A stretch of DNA of 64,000 nt from Vicugna vicugna. Taxonomy: Eukaryota. Shown piece by piece: positions 22,494 to 36,921 of this stretch. The notes under the pieces were generated by a model, which searched no databases, was not told where the DNA came from, and saw only the letters and a program-made list of their open reading frames with translations. The DNA is taken from NCBI GenBank assembly GCA_013265495.1, contig MU058844.1, forward strand, positions 9,878,184-9,942,183. The letters are read 5' to 3'. The stretch's first letter is position 1; each line of letters starts with the position of its first letter. A program made the position numbers and the translations under genes.

Positions 22494-23942
22494 TTTTTAC
22501 ATTTTTTATTGATTCATAATCATTTTACAGTGTTGTGTCAAATTCCAGTGTTCAGTACAATTTTTCAGTCATTCATGGACATATACACACTCATTGTCAC
22601 ATTATTTTCTCTGTGATTTATCATAACATTTTGTGTATATTTCCCTGTGCTATACAGTGTAATCTTGTTTATCTATTCTACAATTTTGAAATCCCAGTCT
22701 ATCCCTTCCCACCCTCTACCCCCTCCCCCGGTAACCACAAGTCTGTATTCTCTGTCCATGAGTCTATTTCTGTCCTGTATTTATGCTTTGTTTTTGTTTG
22801 TTTTTGTTTTTTAGATTCCACATATGAGCGATCTCATATGGTATTTTTCTTTCTCTTTCTGGCTTACTTCACTTAGAATGACATTCTCTAGGATCATCCA
22901 TGTTGCTGCAAATGGCATTATGTTGTCGGTTTTTATGGCTGAGTAGTATTCCATTGTATAAATATACCACATCTTCTTTATCCAGTCACCTGTTGATGGA
23001 CATTTAGGTTGTTTCCATGTTTTGGCTATTGTAAATAGTGCTGCTATGAACATTGGGGTGCAGGTGTCATCCTGAAGTAGATTTCCTTCTGGGTACAAGC
23101 CCAGGAGTGGGATTCCTGGGTCATATGGTAAGTCTATTCCTAGTCTTTTGAGGAATCTCCACACTGTTTTCCATAGTGGCTGCACCAAACTGCATTCCCA
23201 CCAGCAGTGTAGGAGGGTTCCCCTTTCTCCACAGCCTCTCCAGCATTTGTCATTTTTGGATTTTTGAATGACGGCCATTCTGACTGGTGTGAGGTGATAC
23301 CTCATTGTAGTTTTGATTTGCATTTCTCTGATAATTAGTGATATTGAACATTTTTTCATGTGCTTTTTGATCATTTGTATGTCTTCCTTGGAGAATTGCT
23401 TGTTTAGGTCTTCTGCCCATTTTTGGATTGGGTTGTTTATTTTTTTCTTATTGAGTCGTATGAGCTGCTTATATATTTTGGAGATCAAGCCTTTGTCGGT
23501 TTCACTTGCAAAAATTTTCTCCCATTCCGTAGGTTTTCTTCTTGTTTTATTTCTGGTTTCCTTTGCTCTGCAGAAGCTTGTAAGTTTCATTAGGTCCCAT
23601 TTGTTTATTCTTGCTTTTATTTCTTCTAGGAGAAAATTTTTGAAATGTATGTCAGATAATGTTTTGCCTATGTTTTCCTCTAGGAGGTTTATTGTATCTT
23701 GTCTTATGTTTAAGTCTTTAATCCATTTTGAGTTGATTTTTGTATATGGTGTAAGGGTGTGTTCTAGCTTCATTGTTTTACATGCTGCTGTCCAGTTTTC
23801 CCAACACCATTTGCTGAAGAGACTGTCTTTATTCCATTGTATATTCTTGCCTCCTTTGTCGAAGATGAGTTGACCAAAAGTTTGTGGGTTCATTTCTGGG
23901 CTCTCTATTCTGTTCCATTGGTCTATATGTCTGTTTTGGTAC
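22494..23942 (-). mobile_element. Young 5'-truncated LINE-1 with open ORF2 C-terminus (22811-23893), 3' UTR and A-tail
   Basis: L1 ORF2 peptides incl. [18 protein letters not shown] zinc knuckle; 15-bp TSD CTGTATACTTATTTT at 22479-22493 and 23943-23957. Confidence 0.97.
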
Positions 23943-24224
23943 CTGTATACTTATTTTATAACTAACTTAAGCATGGGGAATATGTGATACATACATAGTT
24001 CAAAAATCAAAAGATACATTATTATACATTCACAAGTTCATATCCCAGTCTCCATCTACCCTGGGCCACCTCCACCATTTATTTGTGCCATTTTACTACT
24101 TTATTGTTTAATCTTCCTACATAAATAAAAGTAAATGTGATTATATTTTCTTATTTTGCCCATTTTTTTTACAAAATGCCATTTTACATATGTCATTCTA
24201 TATTTTATTTCATCAAAAAATATA

Positions 24225-24895
24225 TTCTAGGTTCATTCATGTTGCTGCAAATGGCATTATTTCATTCTTTTTATGGCTGAGTAATATTCCATTATATATA
24301 TGCATTTTATATATCTCTCTCTCTCTCTCAACTGCTTTGTTCAATCATTTTTCAATGAACATTTATGTTGCTTTAATGTTTTGGCTATTGTAAATAGTGC
24401 TGCTATGAACACTGGGGTGCATGTATTCAAATTAGAGTTTTCTCCAGATATATCTTACTGCACTTAGTATGATAATCTCTAGGTGCAGGAGAGGGATTAA
24501 AGTAACATGGTGGACCTAGAGATTATCATACTAAGTGCAGTAAATCAGAAAGAGAAAAACAAATACCATACGATACCACTTACATGTGGAAGCTAAAAAA
24601 AAAAATTACACAAATGAACTTATTTACAAAACAGAAAGACTCACAGACATAGAAAACAAACTTATAGTTACCAAAGGGGAAATGTGAGGAGGGATAAATT
24701 AGGAGTTTGGGATTAGCTGATACAAACTATTATATGTAAAATAAACAACAAGGTCCTACTGTATAGCACAGGGAACTATATTCAATAGCTTGTAATAACC
24801 TGCAATGAAAAAGAATATATATATATATAAACTGAATCACTATGCCGTACACCAGAAACTAACACATAATAAATCAACTATACTTCAATTAAAAA
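24225..24895. mobile_element. LINE-1 3' fragment with 5' inversion (minus segment ~24225-24500, plus segment ~24505-24895)
   Basis: catgttgctgcaaatggc on one side, gacctagagattatcatactaagtg...aaatcaactatacttcaattaaaaa on the other. Confidence 0.85.
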
Positions 24896-24949
24896 TATCT
24901 CTCTCCATATATAGAGATCATTCCACACCAACACATACATTTCTTTTTC

Positions 24950-25940
24950 ATTCTCTGTTTGCAGTTTCATAGTATCACATTACATGGCTTAATATAATGT
25001 ATTCAGTTCTTGTTGGTTCCAGTCTTTTGTATTGCAAATAACATAATGAATAACATTGTATAACTACTTTTTTGTGTTTGTGCAGTTGTTTGTCTAGGGT
25101 ATACATATCCTAGATAACTTGGTCAAACCAAAACTCATTTCTAAATTGTAGTAGACATTGACAAAGTCTCAGAATTTCTGTGTCATTGCCAATGATATGT
25201 GAAAGTGCCTGTTTCCTCAGAGCCTTAAAAATAAAAGTATAATTAAACTTCTGAATTGTTACCAATCTGGTAGGTGAGAAATTGCATTTTAGTGTAGACT
25301 GAATGTGAAATGCTTTTATTATAAGTATGCTCAGTTATCGTTTCATTTTTAAAGGGACCACTAGCAGTATTCCTTTTTCTTTGAACTATCGTACAAATTG
25401 TTGGCCCATTTTTCTATGAGGTTAATATTTTGTGTGTGTGTGTGTGTGTTTAGGAGGTCTTTATATATAGGAAGATTAAGCTTTATCAGTGAAACACTGC
25501 AAATATTATGCTTTGGTTTCACAGTTTTCTTTTGACTTATGACACTTTTTGTCTTGCTGCACTTGTCTGCAATTTTCTTGTTAGATTTACTAATCGTTTC
25601 TTTTGGGCTTCTGAATATTGAGTCAGAATTAGTCTCTCTACCACTGGTGCTCTCCCGAAATTGTAATGAATTTCTCTGATATTTTCTTTTAGAACTTGTA
25701 CCCACTTTTGGTTTCATTCTATGTTTTTTAAAACACTTGAACCTCTGATTCATTTAGAATTTATTTTGAGGTTAATGGATTAAGAATCCAAACATCTCTT
25801 CACTCAGATTACTACTATCCAGTCGTCCCAACACCATTTATGGAAAGCCCACTTGTACCCCTCTTCTGACCTGATGACCACGTTTATCACACACTACATT
25901 CCAAAGGATTTGGGGTCTCCTTCTGGACTTTCTCACAGGT
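24950..25940 (-). mobile_element. Old degraded LINE-1 (L1M-type) fragment
   Basis: Diverged antisense ORF2-like motifs (ttggcccatttttcta, cccaacaccattta). Confidence 0.55.
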
Positions 25941-26817
25941 GTGCTTATTTATGTGGTGTTGACTTTCTTACTAGACTGTAAGGTGCGTTAGGGTGAGCCC
26001 TTTGTCAGTCTGGTGCTGCCCTCAATCTCAAAGTTTAGAACAGCACCTGGTACACAGTAAGTGCTCAATACAAATTTGTTCTATTTGAGACTGTGTACGA
26101 AGTTCTAGAAAAATGTTCCCCTTTTTCCCACATATAGATTTAAAGATGACAATATTTTAATATAATAACAGATATTTAACAGACCATGAAAATAAAGAAA
26201 TGAGTGGTAGACAATATAACATTATGTGCCTCATTTGTGAAGTACCTACAGTTTCTCTTGAGCAAAATATTAATTTATTTTAATGAAAAACATTTGATTT
26301 AATCTATACATTAACAGGAATCAAAAAATGTTGAAATGGTAACACCTAGAGAGAACATTTAGGAGTGTTATTAAGCACAAATAAGATAAAATCAATTTTT
26401 ATATACAGTGGACACTGGGACTTTGCAGAAGTAATGTTCACTTCATTCTTTCATCTAATTCCAAGTAACCCTGGAGGTCCCAAAATATCTAATCTGTTGC
26501 AATTTTTCTGGGTAGTATGGTTTTGAAATGGAAGTAAATCTACTTAGCTCAGTCTAGTCCATCGACATCCGCTTTTCAACGCAACTTTACTGTTCTCTCC
26601 TTGATGTCTGACTTCATTTGCTCCTCACAACAATCATACCAAGTGGGGCATTCTCTCCTTTTTACAGCTGAGGAAAATCAGATAATTAGATACAGTAAGT
26701 GGTAAAGAATTGGGGGATTTGCAACGATCTCAGGATACATTCCTTGCAAATGTCAATAATCTACTGTGTTTTAAAAGTGCAGCATTCCATTGTAGGATTA
26801 TTAATAATTCAAATAAT

Positions 26818-26823
26818 TTTATT
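26818..26823 (-). terminator. Candidate OTOGL polyadenylation signal AATAAA (a second candidate at 26274-26279)
   Basis: tttatt on + strand ~1 kb past the stop in an AT-rich UTR-like stretch; usage not provable from sequence. Confidence 0.45.
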
Positions 26824-27802
26824 TCATTCTTCATTGACCAAACAGCAGCATAAACAGCAAAATAGCCTGCAACTTCAGTGGTACGCAAATACATCTCAAA
26901 ACTCAGATGTCCGTGGGATAGTAAAGAGCTAACTACATGTTAAATAATAACATCATATTTTAAAACAGTTTTAATGGTATAAAAAATAGAAGCCCAAGGT
27001 CGCTCTCCTCTGTTTAGCAACTGATGCTACGTTTCCCCGTTCCTTACCATTAGCATAACTATAATATGTATGTATGTATGTATGTATCTGTGGGATTTCT
27101 TTTCTTTTTTTAAAAGGCATTGAATTTAAAATTCTTAATTTTAGGTAAAGCAAACTCTTAAAAGAATAAGAGGTTCTGTGATACACACCTTACTGAAACA
27201 TTCAAAAGAAAAGAACATAGGACTGAAATATAAAATATGTAGACTTCACCCAGCTGTTACCATGAATTCACCATACTGTTACACCAAATGAGTTTGTACA
27301 AGTCACATAGCTTCTCTGGTTATCTGATACACTTGCAGACTAAAGGGAATTTGCAATAACATCCCCAATACCCATTCCGACTTTAACAATGCTAAAATAC
27401 TATAGTTGTATGAGCTGTGTCTAAGCATACCATGCTCTATGACCATCCAGATGCCAGTATTAACTGATTACATTTACCAGAATAGACAGTAGCAATAAAA
27501 GAGTATCTTAATTTGGATAGCTACGATAGACTTTGCAAATCACAGAAATAACTACGGAGTGAAACTGAAAGAATCCTGCAAAACAACCTGCTAATAGATG
27601 AAAATACAATAAATCAATAAATCTAATTTTTTCATGGAAATTGCATATATTTTGTAGCAACTATTAAATTGCCATACCCAATAGCCTGAAAAATAACATT
27701 ATTATTAAACAGTATAATTCTGCCCAATGTCTTAAAAATAGTGATAAAAGTTAACTCCATTTGACATTATGACGTTGCAGAGAGCTCTTGGATTCCAAGC
27801 AT

Positions 27803-28003
27803 TTAACTCCACTGGCATGTGCAGTCTATGGGTTCCTGGAGAGTGTACAGGACTTCAGTGCCGTTGCCGGAGCAGTAGAGCGGCACGGTCAAGTTGCGCA
27901 CTCCATTTTCACGACAACACTTGCAGAATCTTAGATGGCTCTCGATATTGATGTTATATATGGTAGCTGATGGGCATTTTCCATCACAGGATGCAACATT
28001 TAT
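27803..28003 (-). CDS. OTOGL: OTOGL last coding exon (201 nt incl. stop), C-terminal cystine knot
   Basis: ccttacag|ATAAATGTT...; CDGKC and CKCC motifs; ends DCTCQWS-TAA. Confidence 0.96.
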   Translation of the reverse strand: MNVASCDGKCPSATIYNINIESHLRFCKCCRENGVRNLTVPLYCSGNGTEVLYTLQEPIDCTCQWS

Positions 28004-31000
28004 CTGTAAGGAGAGACAACGAGAAAAATGTCTTAAAATGTTTAAAACAGTGGTATTGATTCCACTAAGACTGCATATTGATTGCCCAAGATGGCAATAT
28101 GACATAACTCAAAGTATAAATGTACACATATAACTAGACAGGTATGACAGGAAAATGGAATATATTCATCACAATCCAATGATTCTATTGTAACCTGTAT
28201 TATATCATGATCAATTAAACAATAGAATCAAACAAGTCTTACGAAAGTGGGCAAAGTTAGAACCAGGACTATTTATGCTGATTAAAATTGCACAGCTAAA
28301 ACATTATGTGATCATATATACTTAGGTTTAATTTCCATCTCTTTAGATTGTAATAATCAACAGTATGATTATTTATGCCAAGAATAATTCACACTTCTTC
28401 ACAAACAGAATATTTTAATATTAGAATGTAGGAATAATCTCAAAGTTAAATATTTGAAGTGTTGGCATTTTGTTGGCTTACAAACTTATTAGTGCTGTGA
28501 CGTGTACACTTCTGAAAAGACACACATCCTTTATGTAATAAGTAATATTTTTCCACTTACAGAGCTTTGACTTATACAATCCTGTCTCTTTATGACTGAT
28601 TTAATAATCACTTTCTGGCATATTCTTTCTTCTCGTTTGCCTGATAAAATATAGAATGTATTTATTCATCAAAAGGCCCAGGTCAAACTGTTTCTTAATT
28701 CAATGAAACATACGAATATATTTAAAATTGGAAACTGATATAGTTACATAAAATATATTCCTATAATAAGAGATATTTAAAATTTCACTCTTACATAGTT
28801 TATTTTCAATATTTTCAACTTCTAAACAGATTTTCTCATCTATTTTCTAGCCTTATACTTACCTCTTTATCTTATTGCTTTAGAACAATTATCATAATCA
28901 TAAATCAAACACATTCCACAGATGCAGTAATGCTAACAATCTGTGTGTGGTATATATGTATTATTATAATTTAATATAGTATATACAAAATCAACCATGG
29001 TATATAGGTAAATATACATTTCCATAATGAAGGCATACCTACTTATGTAAATCTATCTTAAAACATAAACTGATAGATTAAAAATCACATTATCTTAAAG
29101 GATATTAATGTAAAATTATGCACGAATGTAACTGAATTATTATCAACCATGTTGGAATGTATGGATGAGTCTTATACTGGATTTCATGGCTCTGAAATGA
29201 TCTCATAATTTGTAATGAAAACATTTTGTATTAATTAATGATACATTTGTGTGCATGATGGATTATCACTTGATAATACACCCAACAATATATATTTCAT
29301 GGTGTATGACAGTGGATGTAATCCCTGAATCGGGATACAAAAGAATCAAGGTTCTCATCTTGCTCTGTGGCTAATATGCTTTGTCACTTGAGAAAGCACT
29401 GACTCATTCCGCTGAGTTTCCTTGTTAGCAAAAGACTGGAATTCGAGCTCCAGTCTTCAAATGAGTTTAGCCACAAAATCTTTATTTACACTAAATTCTT
29501 GTACGAAATCCCAACATGTAAAATATATAAAAGTTAAGCTACTCTGGTTGAAACAGAGGTGGGCAGCAAAGATCGCCTGAAGCCAAACTGTTTTGTCAAG
29601 GTCACCCATGACCTTCAATTGCTACATTCAAAGGTCACATCTCAAGTCTCATTCTTCATGACTTCTCAGCTGCATTTGATCCAGTCCATCACTCTCTCCT
29701 CCTGAATACACTTTCCACTCTTGGCTTCCAGAGCACACTCCGGTTTTCCCCCCATCTCACTTGTGGCTCCTCCTCAGTCTCCTGTGCTTGCTCTTTCTCC
29801 TTTCCCAACCACCCAACTCCCGCATGGCCTGAGGCTCAGTGCTGCTGGCAAATGGCAGGCTGTTCAGTGCTTTATGATGCTTTCACCCAGGGGTTACTTC
29901 ATTGGCCCTTCTAGTCTCATGTATGTTTAAAAGGATAGAAGAATCAAGAAAGAAACCATCTTTAACATGACGGATAAGGTCCTTATCCTCTTCTTTCTAT
30001 CACCTTCACCCTGTGCTATGGCTACACTTCACCATTTCCTCCTCTTTGAACACTCCTCGCTCTTCCTGACTGCTTCCCAAGGACATTCAATCTCTACTTA
30101 AATGGCACCTCATCACAGAGGCATTCTCTAACCTAACCTACCTTAAATTAGCAACCCAACTCCCCTTTCTCTCCATCCCTTTAATTGTGCACTGTTGTTC
30201 TTTATACCACTCATCACTACCTGTCATAAAAGTATATATTTACCATTACTGTTTTTTCCCCTGCTTGATAACACGCACTATGTGTGCCCATATTGTTCCA
30301 TTCTCTGTCACAGTCCCAGTGCCTAAAAGGGTGTCTGGTACATGAAAGGCACTCAATAAAAAATGTGTTTACATTAATTCATTCAATGAATGAAACTGGG
30401 GCAGCATAACTTTATTGTTAGTTGGCTGAATCTGTCTGTGCCAAGAGGCGTTTCCTATTGATTCCTCAGAGACTTTACTGTAACACATTCTGTTTAGCAC
30501 AGCACCTGTGATAATAATACAACATTCCCAGCCTCTCTTTTGCAGCCTGGTCACCCGAAAGCAAAGACCACAGACAGGGGTTCTCTGAAGCCAAAGCAGA
30601 AACTACTTCACAAATCCTTACATGTCAGATAAGAGAAAATGAGGTGGTTTGTTAGCATTCAGCAACTTCAAAGAGCTTGGCAAAATTGAAAGATCCCGGG
30701 GCCATGTGCCGGAGAGGCTGAAATTATTGTGGTCCACTCTTCTGAACCTTCATTTCCTCCTCCGCATGGGAAACTACACCCACCTCGCCACCCAGAACTG
30801 TGGGGAAGATTAGCTGAGGTGCTGTCTGCAATGGGGTTAACAGAGCATTGGCGTGTGGCAGACAGTCAACGGTAGGAGTATGGTCAGTCGCATAGTTCTG
30901 CCTGTTTGCCCTCAGACAACAGAAATATACTCACTTCTCCAATAACTAACATGGGGTTACAGAATCCAAGGTCTTAATATTGCAATACGGGGTGAGGGTA

Positions 31001-34000
31001 TAGCTCAGTGGTAAAGCACATGCTTAGCACACATGAGGTCCTGGGTTCAATCCCCAGTAACTCCATTAAAAAAAATTTATAAGTAAACCTAATTACCACC
31101 CCACAAAATAAAAAATAATTTAAACATTGAAAAAAACATTGCAATATGATTTTATTCCTATATTGCATACCTACAAGAGTCTAGACTCTTAAGAAAAGTA
31201 GGAGGAAAAATATGCTGAGCATAAAAACATAAACTTCCTTAGATTATGGAGACTGAATTTCACTCCTTGAGTTTTTGATGCAATGACTATTGGATACACA
31301 TTAGTTTACATTTAATTCAAAGAATACTGAATGGAAAATTGCTTATTTCTAAAGAGCAGACATTTAAATTAGTGTGGTATCTAAGAACCCCAGTAATAGA
31401 AAATGCATAAGTGGTGCCCTCTTACCCACAAAAGTCACAACAATGTAACTGTTATGGGTTGAATTGTGTCTTCTGAATATTCCTGTGTGCCTAGAATAAG
31501 AATGTGACCTTATTTGGAGACAGGGTTTTATTCCCCCAGAGGTCATCAGGTAAAGAAGAGTTTATCAGGGTGGGCTCTAATTCAGTATGATTAGTGTCCT
31601 TACGACTGGAAATTTGGAAACAGGTCCGCTTACAAGGAGAACACTATGTAAACATGAAGATGGCCCATCTACAAGCCGAGGAGAGAGGCCTGGAGCAGAC
31701 CCTCCCCTCACAGCCCTCAGAGGAAATCAACCCTGCCCACATCTTTGGTGTAGACTTCTAACCTCCAGAACTGTGAGCCAATAAATTTCCCAGTCACTGA
31801 GTTTGTGGTACTTTTTTTAACAGCAGCCCCAGAAAACTAATACAGTAACAAATTCGACATCAGGCCACCTGATGTTGAACTTTTTGTTTGTTGTGGGTGG
31901 GAAAGTATGTGTTGGATTTGACTTTTCACACCTCATGTAAATGAGGACTGTCATTCTAGCCCTGCACTGATGAGAAGACACCATGGGTCAACATCCGCCC
32001 TCTCCTAAAACTTATACGGATGATGTTCCAGAATATCGTGAGTGGCTAAGGAGCAGGCTGTGCAGTGCGATCCCATACTTCATGAGAGGTATGACTTGGA
32101 TGAGCTACCTGCCCTCTCTAAGCTGAAAATCAGGATAAATGCAGAACCGATCATTGGAATTTTGTGAGAAATAAATAGTGTGTAGAGTTCCTGATTTATA
32201 AGCTGTTATTATGTTCAATAGTATATAATTATGTTTCATCAAAATTTAATACATTTTAACATTCTTTTCAGTAGGACTAACAGCTCTAAATAGAACTATT
32301 CTTGTATGTTTTGGGGTTTTCAAATCTTCATGAAAGAAGTACAGAAATCTCCCTTGAGGGGCAGGATAATTTGTATCTAAGAATCCAACCCTACACAATG
32401 GCATCATTAACCTGAATCGTGTTGTAACCTTTTCCCTAAAAGCTTCTCTAAACAATTTTAAAATTACTGTCTAGGCCAAGTTTCCTAAAACTTCTATTTT
32501 TATCTTGACGTGAATTCATAAACACTTAATAAATAAGTTCATAAATACACAGATGAAAATGGTTTCATGACTACCCCTCTATTCTATTTCAGTCCTTAAA
32601 AATCATTAAAAAGTACTGTGAAATAAATCTTTAAAATTCAAATACATGTAAAATATATTGCATGCACATAATTTTATCATGGTAATTATGGGAAGTTATA
32701 TATATATGTGATTTAAAAATAATTCATTAAATTGGTATTTTCCAACTGTATTATACCTATCCATAAGTTTGTTCAAATAGGTTTGGAAAATCTCACTCTT
32801 TATATCCTTATAGGAGTTACAGTGCCATTCTCGTCATAACCTACTTTGTGTACTTCAGACTGTTCAACGCATTTGACCATCGGGTACTTTGAAACTTAAA
32901 ATTTATTAAGATTCTATGCAATACCTTTTAAGAAATGTAGCAATAAAGACATTTCTAATATTTAAATTAAAATTCATCTAAATTGAAAACACTTACTCAT
33001 ACTCCAAAAGTTAAAGACTAAATTACAAAATAATCCACCACCTGATATAAAAACATTTAAATAATATATATTATAAAATTTGTTTCTCTCCTCGCACCAT
33101 AGGAACTAAATTTCATGAGAAAAATCAGAGTCACCACAAGCAATTAAAATGAATCAAATTAATGCATGTCCTCACTTACAGATCTTGCAACAGCCTTCAT
33201 TATACAGTTTTACAATCCCTTCATTCTAGGAGGAAAGAAGAATAATGTTAAAACTCAGTGTTTATTTATTTTCTCTCAAACTGGAAGCAGAGAACTAACT
33301 TATTCTCTCAATATTTTTACTAAACATCAGAAGACTTTATAGGAAAGTGATTAGAATTGAACCACCTTTGTTATGAAATTTTTGTTTTTAAAATTAGGAG
33401 CAGATGTTTTGCTTAAAACGTGTTATTTCTTCATTAGCAATATGAAAAGGAGTGCATAAAGATTAACTTACTTAAAAGAATACATTTTAAATACCACACA
33501 CACAAAAATCTTACCAGATCAAAGTACTCATAGGTAATCTTAACAGAGGCCACTATGTTTTTTAAACTCCTTGAAATAATTTAAACTACTTTTTGAGACT
33601 AGACTGAGCTGCTGAATATAACTTAATGTTAAAATGATGTCTCTTTTTCGTTAATATTTTAAAAATATTTTATTAAAAAAAATTTTTTTTAGTTGAAGTA
33701 TAGTCAGTTTACAATGTAGTATCAATTTCTGGTGGACAGCATATTAGTAAAAAAAAATTCCCCACTTCAGGATGTTTCCTGCCAAAGGCTAAATTAAGAA
33801 AACTTCATTGATTATCTTTTGGAATTCTTACAGTAGATTGCTAATTGCTTTTAGTAAGTTGCTAATTGTAATTCAAATAAAAGAATAATTTACTCTATAG
33901 AAGTGAATCTGTGAAGTAAGATGACGCTTAAGATTCTTTCAATAGCTGGAATTCTGTTACTTTAGTACAAATTGTACCTCGCTAGCCAGCCAGCTAGCTA

Positions 34001-36884
34001 ACCATCATCACTAAAAGGGCACATCTTGAACAAAATAAAAAATCAGTGAAACTGTGCTATTTCTCTACACTTACAGAAAAATATTGGCTCAGATCAGAGA
34101 ACAAAGCTTACTTTTCATTAGGGATTGTTATCTCCTGAATAATTAAAGCTACAAAGAAACTTTTTAAAACACTGTGTGACTTTCAAAAATCTAGTCTCCC
34201 ACTGGACTCTTCTCTGAAGGAACAGGGAATTGGAAAAGCAAAACCAAGGCATCAGCAATTCTGGGGCATGTCCTGAGTTTCAGAGTGGTCTGTGCTCAAA
34301 GAAGCTAAGACAAATTCCACCTAGGCCAGCAGGCGTTAACAAGCGAATGACATCATAAATCTGCTGTGTGTTTAAGAAAGAGAAATTTGACCACGTTTTG
34401 ATCCATTAGTTTATTAATTCATATTGAAAGAGAGGCAAAATTGGCTGATAAAAAGATTCTCAATAATCCTTTGGTCTGCATCTTAAAAACTCAGAGATGG
34501 CATCATGTCCATTCAGGGAAAGTCAAAATTATTTAGAACACCATATATGACTCAAAATGGCAAAGTGAGGAAATATAATAGACCTTGTATGTATACGTGA
34601 AAATAAAACATTCACCAAAATAAATTAGCCACAATGTATGTATGTATGACCTTGGAGCACATATTAATGTGTATTTTCTAAATTATATTTAATACTAAAT
34701 TTTCTCAGCTATAACGAAGTACAAACCATTTTGCATTCAGTCTCATTAAAAGGGGGGCAGACCATACTGTACTTCAGAATCATCGTCCCTTCGTCAGTCT
34801 TAACACATTCAAATGTGGTACAATTGTAGTGCCAGATACTCCCCTCCTAAAAGTAAAAGAGAAAGTTACTGTCTGCCTATGGAAATCTGCTTTATTTCTT
34901 AAGTAGCACGTTTCCTATCCTGCTGAATCAAAACTCAAGTCAAGGGGAAAAGAGCTTCTTGTGACATAAAATGTCCATCTGTGAATGTCCCCGGACTTGT
35001 CTACAATGAATAAAAATACACATATGTACTGGGGGGGAGCGGGTTATGTTTGGCTTCATATGAGAACTGAGATGTAAATGTGAAATAAAGCAATAGAGAG
35101 GAGAGAAGCAAAGGGGTATTTTTTCTACTACAAAATTAATTACCTGATTTGGCCAAGTGTCGAAGGTCTTGCTCTCATAATTCCTCACTAATTATAAAAC
35201 AACAAATCGTATTACATAGTACACCTCCTCTCATGCAGCTTGTTTATTTTTCCTTCTACTCCCTTATCACCAAAAAATTTAAAAATCTTTGGGTGTTCAT
35301 GATTACTGACTTAAGGTTCTAGTTTTCTATACTTTCTGTTTTTTTAAAAACCTATCCCTATTCTTTTTAACAAATTCTAAAACATAGTTACTGTTTATTT
35401 CATTCCTGATTTCAGAATTCTTATAATTGTTGATCTATATTTTTATCTTATAACCTGCATTTTAAAATGCTAGTCAAACTCTGACTTGAAGATTCCTTGT
35501 GGACCAGTAAAGAATTTTAACAAAGTTTTTTCCCCCTAGATTCTATTTTAATTTGTAAATATCTTCAGGTCTTCTATGAACCTCAGTTGGAAAAGATCTA
35601 CAAGTCCAGGTCTAAAGAAAGATGAAACAGTCAAATTCAAATATTAGTTCTAGTATTCAATTCAAATAGTAATATCTAATTTTTCTGAAATCAAAAATTA
35701 GAATTGGATTTTTAGATCACTAAAGCTTATCTTTGAAAGAGGCAAGAGTTAAAAATTTTGATGTGTATTTACCTATATTGCATTATTTGTTGTGTTCTCA
35801 AAAAATACTCCAAACTTTTAAATCTTTTATTGAATGTCAGGGCAATCACTGTTAATTCTGACTATATGTATCAATAGTTTCTGGACTACTGACACCTATG
35901 GAGTTTATTGCTTTTATATAAAAATTCCCAAGTTAATGTATATTTTCAAGTAGTTTCATTCCTTTTTTATTGCTGACACTTATGTCTCCTCAACATTTTA
36001 TCAGCTACCTTTTTGCAAGGCTCCTTCTTTAGAAAAATATACTATAAAACAGAAATATTGCTAGGATTAAACCAGTAAACAAAATTAACAACATTATTTA
36101 AATCAATAACACCATTTCGCACATAATTGTAAAACAATAGACTTGGAACAACAAAGTAGCTGTTCATTTTATTTATTCAATAAAATGCATGGGATTGGAG
36201 AAATCTGTTTTTCTTTTGGGTATGTGAGTAATCCTGTGTAATTAAAAACACGACAAAGAGACCTCCCTATAATTAAGTTATTAATGGAAAAAACTTAAGG
36301 TTAGTAATAACCCGTTGGAACTACCTTCAGGTAATATAAATTATAAACAGAATTTCTGACCCTTCTAAATCTGATGACATCACTAAAAACTGTACTAAAA
36401 TTACATAGTTCACTTCTTCTATTCTAGGAAAGGAAAAGAGTAAGTCAGTCTATAAATCTCCAGAGTTATTATAAGGGAAGAATTCTGAATAATTTATTGT
36501 TTTGCTGGAAAGTATTCATGATTCTTGGGATCTTCTTTTTAAGTTTTTTTAAAAAATATCTATTCTCATGTTTACCCACTGAAATCTTCAATATCTGAAA
36601 TAATGAAGTGCTAACATCTTGAGTTTCAGATTTCTATTAAAATGCTTCATTTTAAATGAGTGAATAAAATAATATCATTCTTTTCCTTTGTTCTAATGAT
36701 TAGAAATCAGCATTTCTCAAAGCCCATTCTCACATCTGGGGAAAAAACTGAGGCTCTATGACAAAATAACTTCGAGAAACCAGTGAAACATGCTCCTTTA
36801 CAAAAGGAATCAGATACTTTAAAATATAACTATGTCTTGTGTATTGTAAGTGTGCTGTGTATGCGCATGTTTGTTGTATGGAGG

Positions 36885-36921
<37 letters not shown>

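Noticed and set aside
23313..23873. 186-aa hydrophobic + strand ORF
   Set aside because: It is the antisense frame of L1 ORF2.
22811..23893. 360-aa ORF as a host gene or autonomous element
   Set aside because: 5'-truncated L1 ORF2 lacking promoter, ORF1, endonuclease and RT core.
924..27803. Single fused OTOGL-FN3/CTLD reading frame
   Set aside because: OTOGL ends with a proper cystine knot and stop, and the second unit has its own CpG island and start codons.
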